A stretch of DNA of 64,000 bases from an uncultured Gemmatimonadales bacterium (GCA_963707505.1 CAVPQB010000003.1:608001-672000), one strand, 5' to 3'; shown: positions 49,691 through 60,991, counted from the first letter of the stretch. Notes: generated by a model not told the origin, from the sequence alone. Translations and numbers: made by a program.

Positions 49691-51625
49691 ATGTGTGGAT
49701 TGACTGGTTGCTGGGGCCGTCCCGGGTCGGCCGACACGCTCGAACGCGACGCCGAATGCATGTGCCGCGCCATTCAACATCGAGGCCCGGACGATGGTGG
49801 CGTGTGGACCGATCCTGAGGTCGGAATCGCACTGGGCTTTCGTCGCCTCGCCATCATCGACGTATCACCCGCAGGCCACCAGCCAATGGCGTCGGAAACC
49901 GGACGCTACGTAGTCACTTTCAACGGCGAGATCTACAATTTCGCGGCCATCCGCGCGTCACTCGGCGATACCATCCGCTGGCGTGGTCACTCGGACACCG
50001 AAGTTCTGCTCGCCGCCATCGAGCGGTGGGGACTCAAACCGGCCATCGAGCGATGCTCCGGGATGTTCGCGATCGCCCTCTGGGACCGCCAGGAACACAC
50101 CCTGCACCTCATCCGTGACAGGCTCGGCGAGAAGCCGATGTACTACGGCTCGTTCGATGGCACACTGCTCTTCGGCTCCGAGCTCAAGGCGCTTCGTGCC
50201 CATCCTGCCTGGCGCGGCACCATCGACCGGGCTGCCCTCTCGTTGTATCTCCGTCACAATTATGTCCCTGCGCCATACTCCATCTACGAGAATGTCCGCA
50301 AGGTCGTGCCGGGTACCATCGCCACCTTCCGCGATCCGGCCGCCGAGCCGGAGATGACGACTTACTGGTCCGCGCTGGATGTCGCCGAGCGCGGGGTGCG
50401 AGATCCCCTCTCGGGCGACGACGCAGAATCCGTCACGCAGCTCGAATCGCTCATGCGTCGCGTGATCGGAGACGAGATGGTCTCCGACGTGCCACTCGGC
50501 GCGTTTCTCTCCGGAGGTGTCGATTCGTCGGCGCTCGTTGCAGTGATGCAGGCGGACAGCACCCAGCCAGTCAAGACGTTCACCATCGGTTTCGACGAGG
50601 CCGCGCACAACGAAGCACCGCACGCCGAGGCTGTGGCGAAGCACCTCGGCACGCAACACACGGAGTTGTACGTCACACCGCAGGACGCGATGGACGTGAT
50701 TCCGCGGCTGCCGCAGATCTACGACGAGCCGTTCGCGGACTCATCGCAGATCCCCACGTTTCTGGTCGCGCAGCTCGCACGCCAGTACGTCACGGTCAGT
50801 CTTTCCGGAGAGGGCGGCGACGAGCTGTTCGCGGGATACAACAGGTACTTCTGGGGTGAGCGCCTCTGGCGCCGGCTCGAGCGCGTGCCGCGCGCCGCAC
50901 GCTCGATGGTCGGACGCACGCTGCTTGGGGTTTCACCTGCGAGTTGGGACTCGGCGTTCGATGCAGCATCACCAATCCTGCCAAAGCGCTTTCACACCGC
51001 TACACCGGGTGGCAAGGTTCACAAGGTCGCTGCATTCATGTCGGCCGATTCATCTGACGAGTTGTATCGCGGTCTGATGACCCACTGGCGCGACCCGGAA
51101 GCGATCACGTCGGCCGCTGAGCCCGAAACAGTGCTGACCCGTACTGCGGATCATCCGTCATTCGGCGGAGTCGTGAACAGGATGCGATACTTCGACACGG
51201 TGAGTGAGCTACCGGACGACATTCTCGTCAAGGTCGATCGCGCGACAATGGCCGTCAGCCTCGAGTCGCGCGCGCCGTTTCTTCATCCCGACATCGTCGA
51301 ATTCGCGTGGCGCATTCCGCCGTCGCAGCAAGTGCGCGATGGCCAGGGCAAGTGGCTGTTGCGGCAGGTGCTCTACAAGTACGTGCCGCGAGAGCTGATA
51401 GAGCGCCCCAAGATGGGCTTCGGCGTGCCGATCGCAAGCTGGCTGCGCGGTCCACTGCGCGAATGGGCCGACGCTCTCATTGCGGACGATCGCCTGCGCC
51501 GCGAAGGATATCTCGCGCCTGCGTTGATCCGTCAGGCATGGGACGATCATCAGGCGGGCGTTACCGACAACTCCCACCTGCTCTGGGGAGTGCTGATGTT
51601 CCAGGCATGGTTGGAGACACAGTAG
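49691..51625 (+). CDS. asnB: asparagine synthase-like glutamine amidotransferase
   Basis: MCGLTG Ntn start, HRGPD, FNGEIYN, RDRLGEKP, FLSGGVDS, SGEGGDE, RPKMGF. Confidence 0.92.
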   Translation: MCGLTGCWGRPGSADTLERDAECMCRAIQHRGPDDGGVWTDPEVGIALGFRRLAIIDVSPAGHQPMASETGRYVVTFNGEIYNFAAIRASLGDTIRWRGHSDTEVLLAAIERWGLKPAIERCSGMFAIALWDRQEHTLHLIRDRLGEKPMYYGSFDGTLLFGSELKALRAHPAWRGTIDRAALSLYLRHNYVPAPYSIYENVRKVVPGTIATFRDPAAEPEMTTYWSALDVAERGVRDPLSGDDAESVTQLESLMRRVIGDEMVSDVPLGAFLSGGVDSSALVAVMQADSTQPVKTFTIGFDEAAHNEAPHAEAVAKHLGTQHTELYVTPQDAMDVIPRLPQIYDEPFADSSQIPTFLVAQLARQYVTVSLSGEGGDELFAGYNRYFWGERLWRRLERVPRAARSMVGRTLLGVSPASWDSAFDAASPILPKRFHTATPGGKVHKVAAFMSADSSDELYRGLMTHWRDPEAITSAAEPETVLTRTADHPSFGGVVNRMRYFDTVSELPDDILVKVDRATMAVSLESRAPFLHPDIVEFAWRIPPSQQVRDGQGKWLLRQVLYKYVPRELIERPKMGFGVPIASWLRGPLREWADALIADDRLRREGYLAPALIRQAWDDHQAGVTDNSHLLWGVLMFQAWLETQ

Positions 51626-51638
51626 CCCACGCCCCCTC

Positions 51639-51670
51639 TTCGTCATTCCCGCGAAAGCGGGAATGACGAA
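51639..51670. repeat. REP-like palindrome TTCGTCATTCCCGC-GAAA-GCGGGAATGACGAA
   Basis: Perfect 14-bp stem between convergent asnB and epsI. Confidence 0.82.
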
Positions 51671-51700
51671 CTACCGGCCGCGTTGCGGTGGTGCCGAGGC

Positions 51701-52372
51701 TTATGCCCCCGGCGCCGCCGGTAGCGAATTATTGAGCGGGAGCGCGATGTTCTCCGCGAAGCGCGCCGCAAGCGAGTCTGGCGAAAGTCCCGTGTTCGCA
51801 ACCGCCGCGGTATCGCCCTTTACGAGTGGAACGATGATGCGCACGAGAGCTTCCTCGTCGCGATGCGTCATCAGAGCATCCCACATCGCTCGCATCTTCA
51901 GATCTCCCTGCCCCGCGGTAATTCTTCCGCGACCCTGAAACCAGTAGTAGACCAGGATTCGACTCGGGCCGTTCGCCAGTATGAACCGGTTTACCTCGAC
52001 CGGCTTTCCCCCGATCGGGATCGTGACCATCTGCTCGCCGACCGGCGTCCAACCTGATCCGGGAAGACACAGCGAAGGGGAATGCATTCGCTTGTCGCCC
52101 TGCTGCGTTGCATGATAGCCGACGTACAGACTGACCCCTTCGTTTGCGCTGAGCATGTAAACGCGATTCACATAGTCGGACACGCCCGATTTGCTCACCT
52201 CGTCTGCACCGATGGCAACGTCGCTGTACGCGGCACCCATGAACGATGCCGGGAGCGCCGCAGCCAGCGGCTTGCGTAGTGGCGTGGGTTGCGGCGTGCC
52301 CACGAGCAGCGTCACCGCGGTTCCCGCTGCAAGCGCTCCCGCGGGAAGAAATTTCGCTACCAGCTCAAGCAT
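51701..52372 (-). CDS. epsI: EpsI family protein
   Basis: YVNRVY, LYVGYH..Q, HSPSLCLPGSGW, LVYYWFQGRGR, ALVRI; overlaps the exosortase stop. Confidence 0.88.
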   Translation of the reverse strand: MLELVAKFLPAGALAAGTAVTLLVGTPQPTPLRKPLAAALPASFMGAAYSDVAIGADEVSKSGVSDYVNRVYMLSANEGVSLYVGYHATQQGDKRMHSPSLCLPGSGWTPVGEQMVTIPIGGKPVEVNRFILANGPSRILVYYWFQGRGRITAGQGDLKMRAMWDALMTHRDEEALVRIIVPLVKGDTAAVANTGLSPDSLAARFAENIALPLNNSLPAAPGA

Positions 52373-53237
52373 TCGACCTGCCTCCAAAACGACTTTCGAC
52401 GCGGAGGAAGCCCCACGTCAGCAGCGCCAGTATCGATAGTGAGATCAGGAACAGCAGATACCCTTCCGTGAGATGCATGAATCCCTCGCCGAGCTTCGGA
52501 TCTACGAAGAAGACGAGGAATCCTGTCATGAAAATTCTGATTCCGTTGACGAAGATCGCGAGACCGACGGCGAGCGCTACCATGAGGATTCTGCTCACCG
52601 GGTATTTCAGAAATAGCGCACCGACCAGAATCGCCATGCTGAGAAGTGCAGTGAGCGAGCGCAATCCGCTGCACGCCTCACTCACGAACAACGTGTGACC
52701 TGGAAGTCGGATGACGTTGCCGGAAAGCAGCACGGGGATGTGCCGCCACGACAGCATCGCCGCACCCATTTTCGCTGCGATTTCCTGAAGCGGCAGCGTC
52801 ATCGACGCGATGATCGATTCTGGCAGTGGAATGGTCAGCGCGACGAGAAGGAACGGAAGCCACCAGGCCATGATCTGGCGCCAACCCGCGAACCACAGCG
52901 TCAATCCCACGAGCGCCATCAACAGTGCGGCGCGTGGAATTGTCTCGACACCCGCAACGCGCCCGAACAGGTTGGCGAACACGGCGACGAGGATGAGGAT
53001 CGCGCCGGCCCATCGCGCCGGCTGGGAGTCCGCGATGACACCGGACTTCCACGCCAGCCAGACCGCGACCGGCGCGATCAGAATGCCGTGCGCGGCGTCG
53101 GGAATCGTGAGCCATGCCACGATGAGGCCGTAGATCACAGGGGCAAAACAGGCGACGAACAATGCCGACGTCACCCACCCGAGCGGCGCACCCTTGATCC
53201 TCGTACCGATTGCAGGGATGCTCAGGGCGATGGTCAT
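52365..53237 (-). CDS. exosortase (EpsH/Xrt family)
   Basis: HGILIAP, GNVI.LP, VSEACSGLRS (catalytic Cys), NGIRI (Arg), FMH (His); multiple transmembrane segments. Confidence 0.93.
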   Translation of the reverse strand: MTIALSIPAIGTRIKGAPLGWVTSALFVACFAPVIYGLIVAWLTIPDAAHGILIAPVAVWLAWKSGVIADSQPARWAGAILILVAVFANLFGRVAGVETIPRAALLMALVGLTLWFAGWRQIMAWWLPFLLVALTIPLPESIIASMTLPLQEIAAKMGAAMLSWRHIPVLLSGNVIRLPGHTLFVSEACSGLRSLTALLSMAILVGALFLKYPVSRILMVALAVGLAIFVNGIRIFMTGFLVFFVDPKLGEGFMHLTEGYLLFLISLSILALLTWGFLRVESRFGGRSNA

Positions 53238-53330
53238 GACTGACTCATCCGCACAGATCCGCCGATATTATTTGTTGTAGAATGCATATGCACGTAGTAT
53301 GTTCGCTGGCACTCCAACCTCTCTTTCCGC

Positions 53331-53852
53331 ATGGAAACAAACAAGCCACTGGCCCGCGCGGGGTACGTTCTGGCCGCCCTTCTGGTCCTCACTCCCCTCT
53401 TCGACCTTACCGCACAGCTTCTGCCACTTCGGCTCAGCGACGAGCGCTGGCGCTTCGGGGCAGTCGGCCAACTGAGCAACACTTTGTTGGTGCCCCTGCT
53501 CGGGCTGATGCTCGTAATTGCGATCGCGACGCTCACGGACAGTAGACGAGTCAAAAGAGTGATCGGCGCAATCTGCGCCATTCTGGCGCTTGCAATGGCA
53601 GTTCTCTCGGTGCTCTTCATCCTTGATTACTTCCAGGTCCGAACAATTGTTACACCAAAGTTCCAGCATGCGACGGCCGTGGCCAGCACGACAGCGATGA
53701 TAAAGAACGTCTTCACCATCATCACCCTGTGCCTCTTGAGTCGAGCTGGCTTTGCTGGCCCGAAAGCGACCGTGGTCAGGAAGGTCGCTCCACCGTCCGA
53801 GCCATCGTCAACGCCTCTGATTCCGCTGACCGGCGCTGCGAGAGCTGAGTAA
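53331..53852 (+). CDS. hypothetical membrane protein (~4 TM)
   Basis: Hydrophobic helices, WRFGAVG motif; divergent from the exosortase. Confidence 0.7.
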   Translation: METNKPLARAGYVLAALLVLTPLFDLTAQLLPLRLSDERWRFGAVGQLSNTLLVPLLGLMLVIAIATLTDSRRVKRVIGAICAILALAMAVLSVLFILDYFQVRTIVTPKFQHATAVASTTAMIKNVFTIITLCLLSRAGFAGPKATVVRKVAPPSEPSSTPLIPLTGAARAE

Positions 53853-54834
53853 ACAAATGATTCGGGGCGTTGTCGAGCGCCCCGAATCCCTTCAGCTCCC
53901 TTACTAGATATAACGGGCGCTGCTTCACCTCATCATAGATCCGGCCGACATACTCGCCGACCACGCCGAGTACTGTGAGCTGAACCCCGCCGATGAACGA
54001 CATCAGCACCGTGATCGAGGCCCAGCCGGATATCGCGTACATGCCGGACAGCTTGATGACGATCGCTCCGATTCCGGCCACGAACGAAAAGATCGAGACG
54101 AGAAAGCCGATCTGGAGCACCATCCTGAGCGGCGCCGTCGAGAAGCTGATGATGCCGTCGAAAGCCAGCCGCACGAGCTTGGAGAGGGGCCATTTGGTGG
54201 TTCCGGCAAATCGCCCTGGCCGTACGTACGAGACGCCTATCTGCTTGAACCCGATCCAGCCGAACATCCCGCGCACGTAGCGGTTCCGCTCGCGCATCGA
54301 TCTGAAAGCATCGAGCGCACGCCGATCCACCAGCCGGAAGTCGCCGACGTCGAGCGGAACGTCCACGTCGCTGATGCGACGGAGGGTCCGGTAGAACAGT
54401 CTCGATGACTGCCGCTTGAACCAGGTCTCGTTGATGCGACGGTCGCGCTTCGCGTAGACCATGTCGTAGCCCTCGCGCCAGCGGGCAGCCATCTCGACCA
54501 CCAGCTCCGGCGGGTCCTGCAGATCGGCATCCAGGAGCACTACGGCCTCCCCTGTCGCCAGGTCGAGACCGGCGCTGACGGCAACTTCCTTACCGAAATT
54601 CCTCGAGAAGTGAACGGCCTTGAAACGCGGATCCAGAGCGTTGAGCTCCAGCATCAGCGGATAACTGTTGTCACGGCTTCCGTCGTCCACCAGCACCGCC
54701 TCGGACGGTCCGTCGAGCGTGTCCATCACCGCAACCAGTCTCCGGTGGAGCTCTGGCAGGACCTCTTCCTCGTTATAGACCGGAATGACGAAGGAATAGG
54801 TGGGATTCTGCTCGTTCTGGGACGGGACGCTCAT
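53776..54834 (-). CDS. GT2 polyprenyl-phosphate glycosyltransferase (GtrB/ArnC-like)
   Basis: VIPVYNEE, VDDGSRD, FSRNFGK, DADLQDPP, GDFRL, GEYVGRIY..VK.RP; two C-terminal TM segments. Confidence 0.92.
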   Translation of the reverse strand: MSVPSQNEQNPTYSFVIPVYNEEEVLPELHRRLVAVMDTLDGPSEAVLVDDGSRDNSYPLMLELNALDPRFKAVHFSRNFGKEVAVSAGLDLATGEAVVLLDADLQDPPELVVEMAARWREGYDMVYAKRDRRINETWFKRQSSRLFYRTLRRISDVDVPLDVGDFRLVDRRALDAFRSMRERNRYVRGMFGWIGFKQIGVSYVRPGRFAGTTKWPLSKLVRLAFDGIISFSTAPLRMVLQIGFLVSIFSFVAGIGAIVIKLSGMYAISGWASITVLMSFIGGVQLTVLGVVGEYVGRIYDEVKQRPLYLVRELKGFGALDNAPNHLFTQLSQRRSAESEALTMARTVERPS

Positions 54835-56238
54835 TCTCCGATGGTGCAGCGCCACAGGTCGACGCGGTAAATACGATAATCCAGACGCGGGCGCTGATAC
54901 TCGCTCTTCTTGCGACAGTTCTGCCAGAACCACCGTGTCATTTCCCCAGTATCGTCACCAACCATGCCGTATCGCTTGACGGAAGCGATCGCCCACAGGT
55001 CCCGGTATTCATGCAGCGCCGAGTCCAGACCTGCAACGCTGCTCGGCATCTCGCGGCTGTGAAGGGCGGGATCATATGCGCGCTGGATCGCGACCGGCCA
55101 CGCCAGCACCTCGATGGACGGGGCGATCGCGTTGATCTCACTCAACGCCGGCCTGTAGTCGAACCGCGTACCGTCGGAAAGATGTGAAGCTGTGGATGGC
55201 AGGATGCCGATGACCAGAATCCACGCCACCGCGTTGGAGCCTGCCGAGGCAAACGCCGGGCTGAGGTGCTCCGCCAACCACCCGACCGGATATGCAGCGG
55301 CAACGATCAGCAACGGCAGTGCTGAGACTCCGTAATCGGCGTAGATCGCAGTGCTGAACGACAGTGCGACGAGGGCAAGAAGAGTACAGACACATCCCAG
55401 GACCGCCATCCAGCCGAACCTTTGCTTCTCGGCGGACCCGGACACGAATCATCAGTACGATTCCTGCCACCGCGGACGCGGCTACGAGCACCGTCATCCA
55501 GTCGACCATGGCGGGCACCAGGCGCAGCATCGCAGGCACCCCGCGGTCTCCGCCGTTCCCCACGGTGGTGACGTGGTGGATCATCCGGATGATCGCCGCG
55601 ACGATGACCGAGAACCCGAGGAACGGTCCCCACAGCCAGAGCCACGCGGTCCGCGTCGGCCAGCGAAAACGCGTGCTTCCGTCGGGCTGGAAGATCGAGA
55701 CAGCCAGCGCCGCCCCGATTATCGGAAAGACGAAGCTCGGATGGGTCCATGCTCCGATGAACAGAGCCGCGAGCACACCGAGATATACTTTGGGCCGGTC
55801 GGTCTCATAGGCCATCGGCAGGCGCCAGTAGACCAGCGCGGCCAGCAGATAGAGCAGCGAGTAGTAGCGCCCGAACCCAGAGACGTAGAGGTGCCAGGGC
55901 GAGATTGCAACCAGCGTCAGTGCGACAAAGCCGGTCACCGGCCCCGCCAGGTCGCGCGCGAGGCGCCAGGTCACCCAAACCCCCGCCACGCCGAACAGGA
56001 GGGGAAGGAAACGTACGAAGGGCTCCGTGGGCGCGGCCAACTTCAAGAACGGATGTTCGAGAAGAAAAAAGAAAGGTCTGGCCTGGATTCCGGGGAGGAG
56101 GCGGGTGTGGAAGAGGTTCGTCGCCTCGTCTATGGTGTAGAGTTCATCCTGCTCGAACGGAAAGCGGAAAACCTCGTACACCCTTAGCAAAACAGCCACG
56201 ATCATGACGGCTGTGACGGCTGCTCTTTCTCGCTTCAA
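54831..56238 (-). CDS. GT-C membrane glycosyltransferase (PMT/ArnT-like), frameshift near 55440
   Basis: DELYT after TM1, P.FFLL, RFLP..FG, SPWHLY.S..GRYY; joined from ORFs 55138-56310 and 54831-55445. Confidence 0.72.
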
Positions 56239-56351
56239 GACTTGGCCTTCTCCTCGGCTGGGGCGTCGGCAAAATTTAACGCCGATGCGCGGCACGCATT
56301 TTCCTTGCAAAGTGATCGGCGGCTCCCTCCGATACTTGAGTATCTAGATAC

Positions 56352-57731
56352 ATGCAACGACAACCGGCTTCCATTCAACCGCACGCGCCCGCCAGAAGGC
56401 GCCGTTACAAACCTGACGCGCTCATGTACGTCACGGTGGCGTTTCTGTGGATTTCCGTGTGGCGTTTTCAGGATCTGTGGCCGATCATCGGCACCCTGCA
56501 GGTCCCGATACTGCTCGAGCTGTCGCTGGCCGTCGCACTCGCCGTGAGCTTGCGGGGAGCGAGGAATCCCAAGTGGCTCAAGTCCAGAATGTTCGCGATT
56601 CCATTTCTGATGCTCGCGCTCATGCTCGTTGGACTCCCCTTGAGCCTCTGGCGCGGGTGGAGCTTTACGTTCATCACCAAGGTGTTCATGCCAACGCTCC
56701 TGCTCATGGTTGGAGTCGCGGCAAGCATTCGGGACGCGGACGATGCTAACTGGATCGCGTTCGCACACCTCATAGGTGCGGACGTCTACTCGCTCTACAC
56801 GTATCTCTTCGTCGCGATCGGGTCCGATGGACGTCTGAGCGGCGGAGCGCACTACGACGCGAACGACCTGGCCTTGATGCTTGTGGCCACAATACCCATA
56901 GCGATCTACTTTCTGCGACCTGGCGTTGCCATCTGGAAGCGGCTGTTCGCACTGCTTTCTCTCGGACTTCTCATCGAGCTGATAATCAAGAGCGGATCCC
57001 GCGGCGGGTTCATCGCACTCATCTGCGTCGCGATATTCATCCTCGTCGCATTCCGTTCAATCCCGGTCAGGGTCCGCGTAGGCTCGGTAGCAGCAGCGGC
57101 TTTGCTCATGACGGTGTTCGGATCGGCAGCGTACTGGCAGATGATGCAGACGCTCACGAACCCGAAGGATGACTACAACATGACGTCTCCTGTGGGACGA
57201 AAGGCGATCTGGAAGCGGGGTGTTGGTTACATGCTGACCCACCCGTTGATCGGGACCGGCGCCAATACGTTCGAGCAGGCAGAGGGAAGTCTGTCAGCGA
57301 TTTCGCGACAGTATGCGGCAGAGAATCGTGGCCTCAAATGGTCGACCGCTCACAACTCCTTTGTACTGATCGGAACGGAGCTGGGCGTCACCGGACTGAT
57401 GCTGTTCGTGACGCTGATCGGAACCGCACTCAAACATCTGGCAGAGATCAGGGCCGGCCCCACTGGCGATCCAGACGTAACACCCGAGGACGCTGCGTTT
57501 TCGCAGGCTCTCACCGGCGCGCTGATAGGCTTCTGCGTCGCAGGGTTCTTCGTTTCGGCGACTTACTTTTCGTTCTTCTACGTTCTCATCGGTATGGTGG
57601 TCGCCGAGGATTCGTTCCGCGCTCGACGCCGGGCGCGCCGGGGAACGACGGTCGCCGTCAGTGCAACGCCTGCGACGAAAACACGCGTCGCCCAGCGGGT
57701 CCCTCGTACCCACTGGGTTCCCGCCGGTTGA
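56352..57731 (+). CDS. O-antigen ligase/Wzy-family polymerase
   Basis: DANDLA, SGSRGG, R.AIW..G, HPLIGTG, AHNSF..ELG; polytopic membrane protein. Confidence 0.85.
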   Translation: MQRQPASIQPHAPARRRRYKPDALMYVTVAFLWISVWRFQDLWPIIGTLQVPILLELSLAVALAVSLRGARNPKWLKSRMFAIPFLMLALMLVGLPLSLWRGWSFTFITKVFMPTLLLMVGVAASIRDADDANWIAFAHLIGADVYSLYTYLFVAIGSDGRLSGGAHYDANDLALMLVATIPIAIYFLRPGVAIWKRLFALLSLGLLIELIIKSGSRGGFIALICVAIFILVAFRSIPVRVRVGSVAAAALLMTVFGSAAYWQMMQTLTNPKDDYNMTSPVGRKAIWKRGVGYMLTHPLIGTGANTFEQAEGSLSAISRQYAAENRGLKWSTAHNSFVLIGTELGVTGLMLFVTLIGTALKHLAEIRAGPTGDPDVTPEDAAFSQALTGALIGFCVAGFFVSATYFSFFYVLIGMVVAEDSFRARRRARRGTTVAVSATPATKTRVAQRVPRTHWVPAG

Positions 57732-58649
57732 GCGCGATTAGCGGCGGCGTCAAGCGCGTCGTCGAGACTGCGCTCGTCTTCAGCGGCGGCGCATCCTTCT
57801 CGCGCCGCGCACATTCCGAGCACTTGCTCGTACTGGCGTATCACAACATCGTCCCATCCGGAATGGACGTCGTTGGCGATCGGTCTCTGCACCTGCGCCA
57901 ATCGGCATTCGCCGCGCAGCTCGACGCGCTGACGCGCACTCATGATGTGATACCGCTTGCTGCGGCGATGTCCGAGATACCGACACGGCAGTCGCGCCCG
58001 CTTGCAGTCATCACGTTCGACGACGCATACTCGGGCGCCATTACTGCCGGAGTCAAGGAGTTGCGTGCGCGAAACCTGCCTGCAACGGTGTTCATCACGC
58101 CATCTTTCCTCGATGGCCGGTCATTCTGGTGGGACATCCTTGCAGATCCACGACGTGGGCTCGACCCTCGTATTCGCGAGCGCGCACTGTCCGAAGGCCG
58201 CGGCCTGAATACGGAGGTCCTCGCAATGGCAGCGCAGATGGGACTTCCGGCGCACGCAGATGCCGCCGCATGCGCGGGGTGCATCGACCGAGCAGTTGAA
58301 CGCGGCGCTGCAGTACGAAAGGATCACCTTTGGGTCACACACCTGGAGTCATCCAAACCTCGTTGCGCTCCCCGATGCCGAGCTTGCCGAGCAGCTCCAG
58401 CGTACTCGCACCTGGCTCCAATGCTTCGGAGAGCGGTCGCTTCCGATGGTGTCGTATCCGTACGGGCTCGCGGATGGACGCGTGCAGAATGCCGCGCGTG
58501 ACGCTGGTTACACGGCGGCGTTCATGATCGAAGGAGGATGGACCGTTGCCGCACCCAGCGACACTTTCACCATACCGCGTCTGAATGTACCGGCCGGCGT
58601 GTCCACCAACGGATTCATCCTTCGCGCCGCGGGTCTCATACAGGGGTGA
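57728..58649 (+). CDS. polysaccharide deacetylase (frameshift near 58255)
   Basis: LAYHNI, ITFDDAY, ATVF, GSHTWSHP, SYPYG, IPR. Confidence 0.85.
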
Positions 58650-59854
58650 CTGCAAATAATCAGCGCCGTCGCAACATCCTCGTGACGGACGGCGAACAAC
58701 GTGCGACGCTTGCAGTGGTCCGATCACTCGGCGCCGCTGGCCACGTCGTTCACGTGTCTGCGTCGGCACGGCGCTCGCTCGCCGCAGCATCGCGCTTCGC
58801 GCGCACCGAGCACGTCGTCCCGGATGCGCTCGCAGATCCAGATCGCTTCGCCGACGAGATTCACACCATCGTCGCAAGCAACGGCATCGACACGATCATT
58901 CCGATGACGGAGCCTGCACTTCTTGCGCTCCTTCCGGCACGTGAGCGTTTCGATGGTGTGCTGATCCCATTTGCGGACGCTGATACGTTCACCGGGATTT
59001 CCGACAAGCAGGCCGTACTCGCTGCCGCGAGTAGAGTCGGTATCGCGGTGCCCGCGCAGGATGTGATCGCCGATGCGCGAGCTGCAGAATCCGTGGATAT
59101 CTCATCGCTTCGCTATCCGCTCGTCGTCAAGCCGGCGCGCTCCGTTTCCACAGGATCGGACGACCGGCTCAAGCTGTCCGTGCAGCATGCTGCCTCCGCG
59201 CAGGAGCTGCGCGCGGAGCTCGACGATATGGACGCGCGGGCATACCCGTTGTTGCTGCAACAACGAATAGTAGGTCCTGGCATCGGGATCTTCGTACTTG
59301 TCTGGGACGGAAAGCTCGTCGCGCAATTTGCTCACCGTAGAATTCGCGAGAAGCCTCCCGCCGGCGGTATCAGCGTCTATCGCGAGAGCGTCGCGGTCGA
59401 TGCCGAGCTGCTGCGCATGTCTCTGGCACTTCTCGCTGAGTTCGCCTGGCAGGGAGTGGCGATGGTCGAGTACAAGCTGGACGAGAGCACCGGCCAGCCA
59501 TACCTCATGGAAATCAACGGTCGCTTCTGGGGCTCATTGCAGCTCGCCATAGATTCCGGCGTGGATTTCCCAAACCTGCTCATGGCAGCAGCCACCGAAC
59601 AGCAGCCCAAACCGGTCAGTCAGTTTCGGACTGGCGTGCGCTCGCGCTGGTTCTGGGGCGACGTGGACCATCTGCTCACACGCCTCCGCAGATCTGACGA
59701 AGAGCTATCGTTGCCGAGCGGCTCACCGTCACGATGGGCAGCCGCAAAGGCATTTTTCGCACATCATCCCGGCGACGTAAGCGAGATCCGTCGTCGCGAC
59801 GACATGCGTCCCTTCCTGCGCGAATCAGTGCAGTGGTTTCAGCAACTCCTCTGA
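58646..59854 (+). CDS. ATP-grasp domain protein
   Basis: AVVRSLG, DK, YPLVVKP, LLQQRIVGPG, RIREKPPAGG.S, MVEYK, LMEINGRFWGSL. Confidence 0.88.
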   Translation: MTANNQRRRNILVTDGEQRATLAVVRSLGAAGHVVHVSASARRSLAAASRFARTEHVVPDALADPDRFADEIHTIVASNGIDTIIPMTEPALLALLPARERFDGVLIPFADADTFTGISDKQAVLAAASRVGIAVPAQDVIADARAAESVDISSLRYPLVVKPARSVSTGSDDRLKLSVQHAASAQELRAELDDMDARAYPLLLQQRIVGPGIGIFVLVWDGKLVAQFAHRRIREKPPAGGISVYRESVAVDAELLRMSLALLAEFAWQGVAMVEYKLDESTGQPYLMEINGRFWGSLQLAIDSGVDFPNLLMAAATEQQPKPVSQFRTGVRSRWFWGDVDHLLTRLRRSDEELSLPSGSPSRWAAAKAFFAHHPGDVSEIRRRDDMRPFLRESVQWFQQLL

Positions 59855-60991
59855 TGCCAGCACACAAGATCCGCGTCGTGCATGTCGTCAACAATCTCAA
59901 CTACGGCGGCATGGAGCGCCTCGTCGCTGAGATGGTGCAACGCACAGACCCGACGCGCTTCGAGCTGCACGTGCTCGCGCTCGGATACATGGGCCACTTC
60001 GGCGAGGGGCTCGATGGCCTGGCGACGCTCCACGTCGCGGATCCAATGCCGAGCTGGTCGATGCTGCACCCGCGTGGACTCGCTCGCCAGTTCGAGACGA
60101 TCGATCCGGATGTTGCGCATCTGCACAGTGGCGTACTGTACAAGGCGAGCCTCGCCGCCTCCATGGCCGGCGTGCCGTATCAGATCTACACCGACCACGG
60201 ACGCCAGAATCCGGATCCGTGGACGCATCGCATGATCGACAAACGCGCCGCGCGCCGCGTCGATGCAATAGTTGCGGTATCCGATCGGCTCAAACAGCAT
60301 CTCGTCGGGTTCATGCCGGATGCGTCGCGCATCAGCGTCATCCCGAACGGCGTCGATACCGAGCGGTACATACCGCGTGACGACGATGGAGATTTTCGGA
60401 GCGAGATCGGAATAGCCGCCCGACGTCCCTGTAATCGGAAGTGTTGGCAGGCTCGAGACGATCAAGGGTTATGGCGTGATGATCGAGGCATTCGCACGGT
60501 TGCGCGCGAACTGGACTGCCACGCCGCAACCCGTTCTCGTTCTCGTCGGTGACGGCAGCGAGCGGAAGCTGCTCGAGCAGTCCGCGGCCGCTTCAGGCGT
60601 TGCCGACTCCGTACACTTTCTGGGATGGCGCAGCGACATCGAACGAATCGCGCGCTCGTTCACGCTGTTCAGCATGTCGTCGCACAGCGAAGGCACCTCT
60701 GTATCGCTCCTCGAAGCGATGAGCTCCGGATTGTGCCCGGTCGTCACCAGCGTGGGAGGAAACGCGGCAGTGCTCGGCGACGACCTGAAACATCGCCTCG
60801 TTCCCGCGGCCGACCCCGATGCACTGGCACGGGCGCTTGCAGAAGCTCTGCGCAATCCCGAGCAGCTTGGGCGCGACGCACGGACCGCGCGCGAGCGCGT
60901 GCTGCAGCAATTCGGTCTGGATGCGATGGTGAGCAGCTACGAAGCGCTGTACAGCAGGGCAACTGGTTCAGCCAGAGCCAAGCATGACTGA
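59854..60991 (+). CDS. glycosyltransferase family 4 (frameshift near 60420)
   Basis: GGMER, IPNGVD, VGRL..IKG, SEGTSVSLLEAM. Confidence 0.87.

Noticed and set aside
47755..49773. 672-aa acyltransferase fused to a secreted domain
   Set aside because: The distal part has its own GGAGGT RBS and signal peptide (48183) and belongs to PEP-CTERM protein 3. The read-through probably reflects a lost stop codon.
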